A stretch of 64,000 nt of DNA, taken from contig JAUVAU010000005.1 of assembly GCA_030591565.1 (NCBI GenBank), positions 4,021 through 68,020 of the forward strand. The letters are read 5' to 3'. Shown in pieces: positions 47,453-56,946 of this stretch. The notes beneath the pieces are model-generated. The model saw only the letters and a list, made by a program, of their open reading frames with translations. It was not told the origin of the DNA and did no database searches. The position numbers and the translations under genes were made by a program. The DNA is from Deltaproteobacteria bacterium. GTDB lineage: Bacteria > Desulfobacterota > Deferrisomatia > Deferrisomatales > BM512. Each line of letters starts with the position of its first letter. Within the stretch, counting starts at the first letter, position 1.

Positions 47453-48502
47453 ATGCCAGGGAAAAGATTGGTTGCGATCCTCGCCACGGTCCTCTTTGTG
47501 GTTGTGGGGTTTGCCGGTGCCGACAGGGCTGAAGTGGTGCAGTCCTTCGAGTTCTCCAGCGGAACCGGCCTGGTCGATTACCAGCGCGGCTTCGTGGAGG
47601 CGACCGCCATCGGCACGGTGGATATGAAGCGTATGGTCAACTCTATCCAGGCCGAAGCCGTGGCGCGGCGCACCGCCCGCCATCTGGCTTATGAGGTGTT
47701 GGCCGAGACGGTGGGGCAGGTGAGGGTGGACACCGGGACGATATACCTGGGCTTTACCGCCAGGGCCGATGCCTTGCGGGTGCAGACCCGGGCGGTGATC
47801 AAGGGCGCGATGATAGTCAGCGATGAGGTCGAGTGGGTACTCGACCGCCGCACCAAAGAAGAGCTTCCCATGGGCAAGGTCACGCTGCGGCTCTACCTGA
47901 CCGGTGCGGGGAGCTTGGGAGAGCTGCTGGACCGCCATATCCCGGTGGGCGAGAGCTTCAAGGAGTCCGACCATAATCCGGCCCCGGCTGCTGCGCCTGT
48001 AATCACTCCGGTGCCGGCCCCCAAACCAGCCCCGGTTACCAAGCCCGTTGAAATCATTGAAGTGAAGAAGACGGTGCCGAAGAAGGCTGAGCCGGTAAAG
48101 GCGGCACCCCCCAAGGCTGCTCCTCCCAAGCCGGAACCCAGGCCCGCCGTTGCACCGGGGCCGGAGTTTAACGTTATCGTCATCGATGTTAGAAACACCG
48201 CACCGGGGTACCGACCGGCGCTACGGCCGAGTGTGCTGGCTGCGGATGAGGCCCTTGTTTACGATGCCAAGATGGTGGACCCGGCCAGTGCGATCAGATA
48301 TGGCTACATCCGCTACGCGAAAAAGGACGAAGAGGTCAACAAGTTTTTCGGTGAGGAGGCCAATCCCCTCGTCATTGAGGCGTATAAGTCTCCCAAACCC
48401 GGAATGCTGCGCGTGACGGTGGAGCAGGCCGAGCTGGTGTATGAAGCCGACGCCAATGGCGAGATAAGGCGCAAGGGCAGGGTGGTCCTCCTCCTTGAGT
48501 AA
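47453..48502 (+). CDS. secreted LPP20-like domain protein with Pro/Ala/Lys-rich linker
   Basis: Start moved to ATG 47453 (GGAGGG RBS). Signal 'MPGKRLVAILATVLFVVVGFAGA'. 'GFVEATAIGTVDMKRMVNSIQAEAVARRTARHLAYEVLAETVGQVRV' is LPP20-like. 'PAPAAAPVITPVPAPKPAPVTKP' linker. Confidence 0.6.
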   Translation: MPGKRLVAILATVLFVVVGFAGADRAEVVQSFEFSSGTGLVDYQRGFVEATAIGTVDMKRMVNSIQAEAVARRTARHLAYEVLAETVGQVRVDTGTIYLGFTARADALRVQTRAVIKGAMIVSDEVEWVLDRRTKEELPMGKVTLRLYLTGAGSLGELLDRHIPVGESFKESDHNPAPAAAPVITPVPAPKPAPVTKPVEIIEVKKTVPKKAEPVKAAPPKAAPPKPEPRPAVAPGPEFNVIVIDVRNTAPGYRPALRPSVLAADEALVYDAKMVDPASAIRYGYIRYAKKDEEVNKFFGEEANPLVIEAYKSPKPGMLRVTVEQAELVYEADANGEIRRKGRVVLLLE

Positions 48503-48539
48503 CATAATTGAATTCAAAGCCCGTAAGTGAGGCTGGCTG

Positions 48540-50234
48540 ATGGAAAAGATCGGTAAATTCGAGTTGCACGCCAAGCTGGGCGAGGGGGGTTTTGGCCGCG
48601 TCTGGAAGGCGCTGGACACCGACCTGGGCGTGTGGCGTGCGCTAAAAGAGCCCTTCGACCAGTCTGACGAGATGGAAAAGGAGCTTAAAGAGGCGCGCAT
48701 CCAGGCGGTTCTCGACCACCCCGGTATCGTGCGCGTGCTCGCCATCGAGCGCATTGACGGTCGCTTTCTCATGGTCATGGAGTTTGCCGACGGGCCAAAC
48801 CTTCGCCATGTAATCAAAGAGCGGGTTAAAGAGCGCGGCAAGATGGAGGTGGCGGAGGCGGACAATATCCTGCGCGGCATCCTCGAAGCTCTTCAATACG
48901 CCCACTCCAAGGGGGTGGCGCACCTTGATCTGAAGCCTGAAAATGTATTTTGCACCACCGATGGCCGCTTCAAGCTGGGTGATTTCGGCCTTGCGCGTAT
49001 AAGCGACTGCGCCATGTCCACCCTTACCTCCACCCAGGGGACGATCTGCTACATGTCGCCCGAGCAGCTGGACGGCAAGGCGGGGACGATCTCCGACATG
49101 TGGGCGCTCGGCGCGATAGCCTACGAGCTTTACGTGGGGAAGTTGGCCCTGCCGGGCAATACCCAGGCGGAGGTGCTGAAAAACCTCGCCATCGGCACGG
49201 TGCGGGACTTTGGTGAGGTGCCCGAAGAGCGGCGGGATTTCGTCGCGTCGCTCCTCACCCATAACCCGATGGAGCGGTGTCCCGACGCCCGGACCGCGCT
49301 GGCGATGCTTGGCGGGGAACCCTTCGATCCCCTGGCTACCAGGGCCATCGGCGACGAGATGCTCACCGTCGCCATCGGGAAGGACACACCGGCAGGTAAG
49401 GTCGATGGAAAGAAGGGTGGAGCACCTCGCAATATGCCGGGAATGTTAGCTGTTATTGCTTCATCAATTGTAATGCTGGCCGTTGTGCTAGGGTCCATCG
49501 GCCACGCCACCTGGTACAATATTTTAGAGAACGAGATAGTTGAGGGTTTCTTCCTCGGTTCGGAGGAAGAGATGGATATGGAGCGCCCTGACGCCGAATT
49601 TTTCGGGGCGGACCACACCACGAAGATGAAGATGGCCTGGGACTACGCGAGCGGCGAACAGTTTCGCAAAGCGATCGGTGCGTGCCAGGAGATACTTGCT
49701 TCCGAGGCTCCCGACGACGTCATGGAGGAGGCGCATTTTTTCAGGGGCAGCGTCCAGGCCAGGTACATGGAGACGCCGCTACACGCGGCCCATTCGCTGC
49801 GAACCCAGCTGGATAAGTACCCCGACGGCAAGCTGGCCAACAGGGCGCGGCTGCTGCTGGCCGAGGCCTACATCGAGGTGGGCCGGATAGCCGAGGCGTT
49901 ATATATTCTCGATGTGGCTGTCAGGGAGGGCGCGGGGGACAACGTGACCTCGGAGGCCCTGGCCCTTCTGGAGATGGCGGAGAACTACCACGTGGCGGCC
50001 AGCGGTCTGGGTTCGCTTATCTTTCCCAACAACGGTACCAGCCTTTTCCTGGCCCTGGCTTCCTTTCTGCTGCTCCTCTGCGCGGCGCTCCTCTTCACCG
50101 GAAACTTCAAGGTGAGGATGGTGATGGTGTCGGTTGCGCTGCTGTTATTCGCCACCCAGCTTTTCATGAACTCCAGCGCATCCAGGGCAGCCGGGTCGCA
50201 GTGGAAGCAGGTGATGGAGAAGATGACCCCCTGA
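48540..50234 (+). CDS. transmembrane Hanks-type Ser/Thr protein kinase with extracytoplasmic TPR-like domain
   Basis: 'LGEGGFGRVWKA', 'HLDLKPENVF', 'DFGLARI', 'YMSPEQ'. TM helix 'MLAVIASSIVMLAVVLGSIG', a ~200-aa outside domain, and two further C-terminal TM helices. Confidence 0.88.
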   Translation: MEKIGKFELHAKLGEGGFGRVWKALDTDLGVWRALKEPFDQSDEMEKELKEARIQAVLDHPGIVRVLAIERIDGRFLMVMEFADGPNLRHVIKERVKERGKMEVAEADNILRGILEALQYAHSKGVAHLDLKPENVFCTTDGRFKLGDFGLARISDCAMSTLTSTQGTICYMSPEQLDGKAGTISDMWALGAIAYELYVGKLALPGNTQAEVLKNLAIGTVRDFGEVPEERRDFVASLLTHNPMERCPDARTALAMLGGEPFDPLATRAIGDEMLTVAIGKDTPAGKVDGKKGGAPRNMPGMLAVIASSIVMLAVVLGSIGHATWYNILENEIVEGFFLGSEEEMDMERPDAEFFGADHTTKMKMAWDYASGEQFRKAIGACQEILASEAPDDVMEEAHFFRGSVQARYMETPLHAAHSLRTQLDKYPDGKLANRARLLLAEAYIEVGRIAEALYILDVAVREGAGDNVTSEALALLEMAENYHVAASGLGSLIFPNNGTSLFLALASFLLLLCAALLFTGNFKVRMVMVSVALLLFATQLFMNSSASRAAGSQWKQVMEKMTP

Positions 50235-50339
50235 GTGGTGCGATTCCGGGCTGACCATTCCCCTGCGCCAACTGGAATTTGTGTATAAATCCCGATTATT
50301 ATTGAACGTAGGATGAAAAGTCTGTACTTTCTTTAACAG

Positions 50340-51521
50340 ATGGACGCTGGAGTGGTGCGCCCTGCGTACCGCAGGTATGGAGCGACTTTGAGTCAGAAAC
50401 AAAATTCAGAAAATTCCGAGAGGTTTCCAAGTTTGCATATACGTGATCTGGTTAGGCCCTTTCCCATTGTGCAAGGCGGCATGGGTGTAGGTATTTCTTT
50501 GGCGCCCCTGGCCAACGCCGTATCGAAAGCGGGTGGCTTGGGCACGATATCGAGCGCCGGGCTTGACCGTCTTGTCAGCAAGCGGTTGGGTAGAAAAGTT
50601 TCCACCCGCGAAGCTGCGGCCATTGAGACCAGGGACGCCCAGGAGGGTGGCGTGCCCGCCGCGGTGAACATAATGGTGGCCTTGCAGACCACCTATGAGG
50701 ACTCGGTGCTGGGCGCGATTGATGGTGGCGCAGCCGCCATAGTCTCCGGGGCGGGGATGCCGCTGCGGTTGCCTGAACTGGTCGCCACCCACCCCGATGG
50801 GGATAAGACGGCGCTGATACCGATCGTTAGCTCGGGCAGGGCGCTAAGGCTGCTCTGCAAGAAATGGCAGCGTGCGGGAAGATTGCCGGACGCCGCTGTT
50901 GTGGAAGGGCCCCTTGCCGGCGGACATCTGGGATGGAGGACCGCCGAGGAGGTGGAAGCCCCCGCCTCGAAGCTGGAAAACATCCTTGCAGAGTGTCTGG
51001 AAGTGGCGAAGTCCTTTGGCTCTTTCCCCCTTATCGCCGCCGGTGGCATCTTCGACCGCGACGATATCTCCAGGATGCTTGAGCTGGGCGCCGCTGGCGT
51101 TCAGATGGGCACGCGCTTTCTCGCAACCAAGGAGAGCAGCGCTTCCGATACCTTCAAACAGGCCGTGGTCGATTGCAAGGAAGAAGACATCGAGGTGGCG
51201 ATAAGCCCTGGTAGCCCCTGCGGACTACCTTTCCGTATCCTCAAGGGTTCGCCGATGTTCATTGAGACCCTGAAGGGCGCGCGCAAGGCTCTTTGCAGGA
51301 AGGGTTATGTGCTCTTGAACGGCAAGTGCCTTGGCAATGAAGACCCCGCGAAGTTCTTCTGCATCTGCGACGGGCTCTTCAGCGCGGCGGGCGCCGGCGT
51401 CGAGGGCGAAGACGCCGACCTCTTCACCGTGGGAGCGCTGGCAGGCATGGTGGACAAGATCATGTCCGTGGGCGACCTGATGAAGGAGCTTTGCGGTAAG
51501 GTCACGCCCCAGACCTCCTGA
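50340..51521 (+). CDS. nitronate monooxygenase / FabK-like FMN-dependent oxidoreductase
   Basis: 'PIVQGGMGVGIS' and 'IAAGGIFD' TIM-barrel FMN motifs. Start uncertain (no strong RBS). Confidence 0.78.
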   Translation: MDAGVVRPAYRRYGATLSQKQNSENSERFPSLHIRDLVRPFPIVQGGMGVGISLAPLANAVSKAGGLGTISSAGLDRLVSKRLGRKVSTREAAAIETRDAQEGGVPAAVNIMVALQTTYEDSVLGAIDGGAAAIVSGAGMPLRLPELVATHPDGDKTALIPIVSSGRALRLLCKKWQRAGRLPDAAVVEGPLAGGHLGWRTAEEVEAPASKLENILAECLEVAKSFGSFPLIAAGGIFDRDDISRMLELGAAGVQMGTRFLATKESSASDTFKQAVVDCKEEDIEVAISPGSPCGLPFRILKGSPMFIETLKGARKALCRKGYVLLNGKCLGNEDPAKFFCICDGLFSAAGAGVEGEDADLFTVGALAGMVDKIMSVGDLMKELCGKVTPQTS

Positions 51522-51576
51522 GCGCAGCCTTTGAGCCGCTGGGTTTTCAATAAATATTGAGATGACGATATCCTGA

Positions 51577-51611
51577 AGTTGCCCACACGTGATGGGCAAC
51601 TTTTTGTTTTT
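51577..51611 (+). terminator. rho-independent terminator
   Basis: 9-bp stem AGTTGCCCA / TGGGCAACT followed by TTTTGTTTTT. Confidence 0.65.
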
Positions 51612-51619
51612 GCAGGGTG

Positions 51620-51850
51620 CTACCCCAGTAGCTTGACCAGCTCCTCCACCTTGGGGACTTTCCCCGCCACCTTGATCTCGCCATCGATAACCAGCGCAGG
51701 TGTGATAGTAGCGCCACGTTTCATTATCTCCGTGAGGTCCTGAATCTTTACCACCTCGACCTCGACGCCAGCCTTCTCGACCGCTTCAGTAACCGCCGCA
51801 TATAGCTTGTTGCACTTCATGCAGCCGGTTCCCAGTATCTCTATCTTCAT
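51620..51850 (-). CDS. small thioredoxin-fold protein (redox-active disulfide protein 2 type)
   Basis: 76 aa; 'MKIEILGTGCMKCNKLY' CxxC at the N-terminus. Confidence 0.8.
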   Translation of the reverse strand: MKIEILGTGCMKCNKLYAAVTEAVEKAGVEVEVVKIQDLTEIMKRGATITPALVIDGEIKVAGKVPKVEELVKLLG

Positions 51851-51863
51851 TTTGTTTTTTCCC

Positions 51864-52574
51864 TCAGATGTAGAAGTTGTTATAGGCGATGTATACCCCG
51901 ACCAGCGCGATGGTCACGCCCGCGACCCGCTTCAGTATCAGGTTGGTCTTCTGGTAGGACTCGGAGGCCAGCAACCCCTTGACCAGACCGACAGATGAGC
52001 CTGCCACGATGATGAGGATGCAATGGCCCACCGCGTAGGTCCAGAGGAGCCCTAGCCCGTAACCTATATTGGCTTTCGAGGCGATGAAAGTCAGCACTAC
52101 GACCAAAATGGGGGCCGCACAGGGAGCCGATACAAAGCCGAAGAGCAATCCCAGCCCAAAGGCGCCGATGATGCCGGAATGTTTGGGCCGGTAGGCTGCC
52201 AGCCATGCCGGTATTGTAAATGACCACAGGTCCCACAGGTGTGCCGCCATGAGCAGGCAGACGAGCACGATGATCAGGGGCCAGAATTGCCCCACATCGC
52301 CGAAGAGCTTCCCGAGCATCACCGCCACCAGCCCCATGCCGGTGAAAGTGACGGCGAGGCCTGCGACGAAGGCGAAGGAAAAGCCCAGGCTGCGCCGCCA
52401 GCCCCCGACACCTTCATACCCGCCGACAAAGCCGATAACGAGCGGAATCATCGCCAACACGCAGGGGTTGGCTGCGGTGAGAACCCCGCCGATAAAGACC
52501 ACCGCAAAGGCCAGCCAGGGGCTCGTGTCGATATAGAGCTGGGCGTTGCCCAGGAATCCTTCCAGCCCGATCAT
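51864..52574 (-). CDS. ccdA: cytochrome c biogenesis CcdA/DsbD-family transmembrane thiol-disulfide transporter
   Basis: Six TM helices. Conserved Cys in 'AANPCVLAMIP' and 'VSAPCAAPIL'. Confidence 0.82.
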   Translation of the reverse strand: MIGLEGFLGNAQLYIDTSPWLAFAVVFIGGVLTAANPCVLAMIPLVIGFVGGYEGVGGWRRSLGFSFAFVAGLAVTFTGMGLVAVMLGKLFGDVGQFWPLIIVLVCLLMAAHLWDLWSFTIPAWLAAYRPKHSGIIGAFGLGLLFGFVSAPCAAPILVVVLTFIASKANIGYGLGLLWTYAVGHCILIIVAGSSVGLVKGLLASESYQKTNLILKRVAGVTIALVGVYIAYNNFYI

Positions 52575-53770
52575 TGTGGCATCGCTCCCGTTATCTGAAG
52601 TTCGGGGAAAAATGTGCCGAATATCATGCCAGCCGTCGCCGATAATATGATGACATATGCGACGAAGGCCAACGTCTTCTTCGTCCCCAAAACACTGCGG
52701 ATAACCAGCATATTAGGCAAGGATAGCGCCGGACCCGCCAGCAGCAACGACAGCGCCGGACCGCTCCCCATGCCGCTGCCGAGAAGCCCTTGAAGGATCG
52801 GCACCTCGGTCAGCGTGGCGAAGTACATGAGCGCGCCGGCGAACGATGCAAAGAGGTTGGCCCCAAGCGAGTTGCCACCCACCAGCTCGGCCACCCAGCT
52901 GCCGGGAATCAGCCCCGCATCCCGACCCGGCATGCCGAGCAGTAACCCCGCCACCAACACACCCACGAAGAGCAGCGGCAATATCTGCTTGGCAAACCCC
53001 CAGGTCGCGTCCAGCCATTCCTCACACTCATCTTTGCTAAACCATGCCCACACCATGCCCAGCGTCGCCAGCAGCGCCGCCCCGGCCACGTACCATTTTA
53101 CGCTGAAGATCGCCATCGCCCAGCCCACTGGCTCGGCGGGCTTGCCCCACGCGCCGAAGACGAGGACGGCCACCATTGCGGCCAGGTAGACGCTATTCTT
53201 CCACAGCGGTCTGGATGGGGGGTCTTCAGGCATCTCCGCGAAGGCGCTCTGGCGCTCCTCTTCTTCTTTACGGAAGGTGAACGCCATGAGAAGCCCGATG
53301 GCGATGGCGAAGATTATCGCCCCCACAGCCCTCGCGATGCCCAACTCCGGCCCAAGAACCTTGGCGGTCAGGACAATTGCCAGAATATTAATTGCCGGTC
53401 CCGAATAGAGGAACGCCGTGGCGGGACCGATACCCGCGCCCCGTCCATATATCCCGGCAAAAAGCGGCAGCACTGTACAGGAGCAGACCGCCAGCACCGT
53501 GCCGGAGACCGAGGCCACCGAGTAGGCGACCACGCGGCTGGCCTTGGAGCCGAGGTATTTGAGTACAGCGGACTGGCTGATGAAGACCCCGATGGCGCCG
53601 GCGATGAAGAAGGCGGGGATCAGGCAGGTGAGCACGTGCTTTTGTGCGTAGTCCTGGAGCATGAGGAATGCTTCAAGAATTGCACCCTGCACACGCGCCG
53701 CTTCCACCGGCACGTAATAGGCCGCAAGGAAAACGGAGATTATGAGGAGGGCTTTTTTGCGTTCAGACAT
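52571..53770 (-). CDS. UPF0718/ArsP-type permease
   Basis: 399-aa polytopic protein; 'GTVLAVCSCTVLPLFAGIY' CxC motif characteristic of this permease family. Confidence 0.72.
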   Translation of the reverse strand: MSERKKALLIISVFLAAYYVPVEAARVQGAILEAFLMLQDYAQKHVLTCLIPAFFIAGAIGVFISQSAVLKYLGSKASRVVAYSVASVSGTVLAVCSCTVLPLFAGIYGRGAGIGPATAFLYSGPAINILAIVLTAKVLGPELGIARAVGAIIFAIAIGLLMAFTFRKEEEERQSAFAEMPEDPPSRPLWKNSVYLAAMVAVLVFGAWGKPAEPVGWAMAIFSVKWYVAGAALLATLGMVWAWFSKDECEEWLDATWGFAKQILPLLFVGVLVAGLLLGMPGRDAGLIPGSWVAELVGGNSLGANLFASFAGALMYFATLTEVPILQGLLGSGMGSGPALSLLLAGPALSLPNMLVIRSVLGTKKTLAFVAYVIILSATAGMIFGTFFPELQITGAMPQ

Positions 53771-53784
53771 CTGTATTCACGCTC

Positions 53785-54183
53785 CTAGAAATCGGCCCAA
53801 CCAAGGTCCTCAATCCTGTCGCGTAGCGCGCCTGCATCCATAAGCCCCACATACCGGGAGACCGCTTCACCTTTGTCATCCAGGAAGATGAGGGTAGGGA
53901 TCATGAAGATTTTATAACTCGCCGTGAGCGGTGATTCTTTAATTACGTGGACAAAGCCAAAGTCCACCTTGTCCACGCACGCCCCACGTACTTCTTCAAT
54001 GGCGGCAGCCTGGTTGATGCACTGGGTGCACTGACTCTTGCCGAAATCGACCACCATCGGTCGGCCTGAGGTTTTGATCTCCGCAACAAGCCGGTTGTCA
54101 CCGCCAGCCGTGGCATTGTTTGCCGACGCCAGCGGTACGAGCAGTGAAAGCGCGAGGGTGAAAATCAGAAAACGGTAACGCAT
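53785..54183 (-). CDS. periplasmic thioredoxin-family protein
   Basis: Signal 'MRYRFLIFTLALSLLVPLASA'. Active site 'FGKSQCTQCINQ'. Confidence 0.78.
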   Translation of the reverse strand: MRYRFLIFTLALSLLVPLASANNATAGGDNRLVAEIKTSGRPMVVDFGKSQCTQCINQAAAIEEVRGACVDKVDFGFVHVIKESPLTASYKIFMIPTLIFLDDKGEAVSRYVGLMDAGALRDRIEDLGWADF

Positions 54184-54236
54184 AGCCCCTCCAAAGATAA
54201 CTAAATAGTTATGTGATATGGTAAAAAAAGTAGCTG

Positions 54237-54557
54237 TTAAGCAGCCCCGCTGCGCTCTCTTTTTTCCCGTTCGACCATCTGCTGGGCAAGTTCAAGAATC
54301 TCGTAGACTCGCGTGTCCTTGACCCAGTAAAAGGTCATGGTCCCCTCCTGGCGTGAGTCAAGTATGCCTGCTTTCATCAGCTTTGCCAGATGCTTACTGG
54401 TGTTTGGCTGGGAACCCTTGACGGCTGGGAAAATGCGGCAGACGCACTCTTCGCCGCGACGGAGGATATCCAGAATCTCGATGCGGGTGGGGTACGCCAA
54501 CGCTTTTAGTATCTCGGATTGATTTATTGATTCCACGGTTTGCCACCTCCTTAACAT
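54237..54557 (-). CDS. ArsR/SmtB-family transcriptional regulator
   Basis: 'ILKALAYPTRIEILDILRRGEECVCRI...SQPNTSKHLAKLMKAGIL' winged-HTH with a CVC motif. Confidence 0.85.
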   Translation of the reverse strand: MLRRWQTVESINQSEILKALAYPTRIEILDILRRGEECVCRIFPAVKGSQPNTSKHLAKLMKAGILDSRQEGTMTFYWVKDTRVYEILELAQQMVEREKRERSGAA

Positions 54558-54621
54558 AACCAGATGGTAATGAATGCGCGGGGAGTTGTCAAGGGGGTCT
54601 TATTGAAGGGGGAGAGTATGG

Positions 54622-54659
54622 CTAAAAGAAAAGGGACGACCCGTAGAGGGTTGTCCCTT
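54622..54659 (-). terminator. rho-independent terminator downstream of tkt
   Basis: 12-bp stem (54631-54642 / 54648-54659, one mismatch on the minus-strand RNA) followed on the minus strand by UUCUUUU. Confidence 0.55.
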
Positions 54660-54686
54660 TGCTCGTTGAGAGTATAGATCTTGGGT

Positions 54687-56687
54687 CTACAGCAGTTCTT
54701 TGACGCAGCCGACGATATTGTCCACGGTGAAGCCGAACTTCTCGCCCAGTACGTCGCCGGGTGCGCTTGCGCCAAATCGGTCGATGCCGATTGTTTTTCC
54801 GCCCAGTCCCACGTAGCGTTCCCAGCCAAGGGTCACGCCTGCTTCCACCGAGACCCTGGCGGTTATAGCCGGGGGCAGCACTTTGTTCCTGTACGCTGCA
54901 CTTTGTGTTTCAAAGAGATCCCAGGAGGCGAGGTTGACCACGCGGGTGGGTGTGCCCGCCGCTTCCAGTCTGTCCGCCGCTTTCATGACCAGATGAATCT
55001 CAGAGCCGGATGAGAGGAGGATCGCCTCGGGTGTTCCTCCCCTGGCTTCGCGCAGGATGTAGCCGCCCTTTGCGATATCGGCTGCGGGCGCATGGGAATT
55101 GCGGTCCAGGGTGGGCAGGTTCTGTCGGCTCAGTATGAGCATCGTCGGCCCGCTTTTATTCTCAAGGGCCAAACCCCACGCCTGTGCGGTCTCATTGGCG
55201 TCCGCAGGGCGAATGATGGAGAGGTTGGGCATGGCGCGCAGGCTGGAGAGATGCTCCACCGGCTGGTGGGTCGGGCCATCTTCACCAAGGTATACCGAAT
55301 CGTGGGTCATGACGTATATGGCGGGAATACCCATAAGCGCCGCCAGGCGGATGGCGGGGCGCATGTAGTCGGTGAAGACAAAGAAGGTGGCGCAGTAGGG
55401 GCGCACGCCGCCGTGATTTACCATGCCGTTGACCACGCTGCCCATTGCGTGTTCGCGCACGCCGAAGCGCAGGTTGCGGCCACCGTAGTTACCGGCTTCA
55501 TAGTCGGATTCGCCGTTGATGATCGTGTTGTTGCTTGGCGCGAGATCGGCGGAGCCGCCGATCAGCTCCGGCAGCTTGTGGGCGATTGCGTTGATAACCT
55601 TGCCGCTGGCTGCGCGGCTCGCGATGCCCTTTGCGTCGGTCTCGAATTCCGGCAGCTCGTCGCGCCAGCCATCGGGTAGTTCGCCGCTGAAACGGCGCTC
55701 GAACTCCCCGGCCAGTTCAGGATGCGCCCTGCGGTAACGCTCGAAAGTAGCCAGCCATTCTTCCCTTGCAATCGCCCCTTTACTTGCGTGGGCGGTGAAG
55801 GGGGCTGTAGCGCCCTCGGGGACGAGGAAGGTCTCGTCAACGGGCCAGCCGAGGTTCTCCTTGGAGGCGACTACCTCATCGGGTCCAAGGGGTGAGCCGT
55901 GGGCGCCGGAGGTATCCTGCTTGGCGGGGCTGCCAAAACCTATGTGGGTGCGTACCATGACAAGCGAAGGCTTGTCTGTGACTGCGCATGCTCTTTCCAG
56001 CGCCGCTGAGACCCTCTCCACGTTATTTCCATAAGGCACCGAGGCCACATGCCAGCCGTAGGCCTCGAAACGCTTGCCCACATCCTCGGAGAAAGCCAGA
56101 TCGGTACCGCCCTCGATGGTTATGTGGTTGTCATCATAGAGGACGATCAACTTGCCAAGCCCCAGATGACCCGCCATAGAGGCAGCCTCTGCGCTCACGC
56201 CCTCCATGAAGCAGCCGTCACCTGCGATTGCGTAGGTGTAATGGTCCACCACTTCGCAATCGGGCTTATTGAACCTTGCAGCCAAAGAACGCTCGGTCAT
56301 CGCCATGCCGACAGCGGCGGCTATACCCTGGCCCAGCGGCCCGGTGGTTGTCTCCACGCCGGGGGTGTGGCCGTATTCAGGGTGGCCGGGGGTGGCTGAA
56401 TCCCACTGTCTGAAGTTTTTGAGATCGTCCAGCGAGAGGTCGTAACCGCTTAGATGGAGCAGGGCGTATATGAGCATGGAGCCGTGACCGGCGGAGAGCA
56501 CAAAGCGGTCGCGGTCGGGCCAGTCAGGATTTTTGGGGTCGAATTTCAGGTGCCTGGTCCAGAGGGTGTAAGCCATCGACGCCGCGCCCATGGGCATACC
56601 GGGGTGGCCGCTCTTGGCTTTTTCCACCGCGTCGACCGCGAGGAAACGAAGGGTGTTGATAGAAAGTTGGGGGTCCATCGTGGACAT
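54687..56687 (-). CDS. tkt: transketolase
   Basis: 666 aa; '[11 protein letters not shown]', TPP motif '[13 protein letters not shown]', '[19 protein letters not shown]'. Confidence 0.95.
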   Translation of the reverse strand: MSTMDPQLSINTLRFLAVDAVEKAKSGHPGMPMGAASMAYTLWTRHLKFDPKNPDWPDRDRFVLSAGHGSMLIYALLHLSGYDLSLDDLKNFRQWDSATPGHPEYGHTPGVETTTGPLGQGIAAAVGMAMTERSLAARFNKPDCEVVDHYTYAIAGDGCFMEGVSAEAASMAGHLGLGKLIVLYDDNHITIEGGTDLAFSEDVGKRFEAYGWHVASVPYGNNVERVSAALERACAVTDKPSLVMVRTHIGFGSPAKQDTSGAHGSPLGPDEVVASKENLGWPVDETFLVPEGATAPFTAHASKGAIAREEWLATFERYRRAHPELAGEFERRFSGELPDGWRDELPEFETDAKGIASRAASGKVINAIAHKLPELIGGSADLAPSNNTIINGESDYEAGNYGGRNLRFGVREHAMGSVVNGMVNHGGVRPYCATFFVFTDYMRPAIRLAALMGIPAIYVMTHDSVYLGEDGPTHQPVEHLSSLRAMPNLSIIRPADANETAQAWGLALENKSGPTMLILSRQNLPTLDRNSHAPAADIAKGGYILREARGGTPEAILLSSGSEIHLVMKAADRLEAAGTPTRVVNLASWDLFETQSAAYRNKVLPPAITARVSVEAGVTLGWERYVGLGGKTIGIDRFGASAPGDVLGEKFGFTVDNIVGCVKELL

Positions 56688-56946
56688 GTATCGCTCCTGA
56701 CGAGTCGGTTATTTTGAAATGCGGGGAAAGAGGCCTGATTTTGCACCATCAATAGGCGGGTTGTCCAGCCGACTTGAGCACCGGGCAAACTTTTGTGGTT
56801 GGCGGGTTTGTAGGGTTGTGTGGAAGCATTTGCTGTAAGATAGCTGAGGACTCTACACTTGGGCCTCCTTGCTTTGGTGTAAGTAAGGGATAATATTCTC
56901 CTTAGAGTGGACATCCTCCAGGTGGCCGCACGGCGGTCGGAGTATT

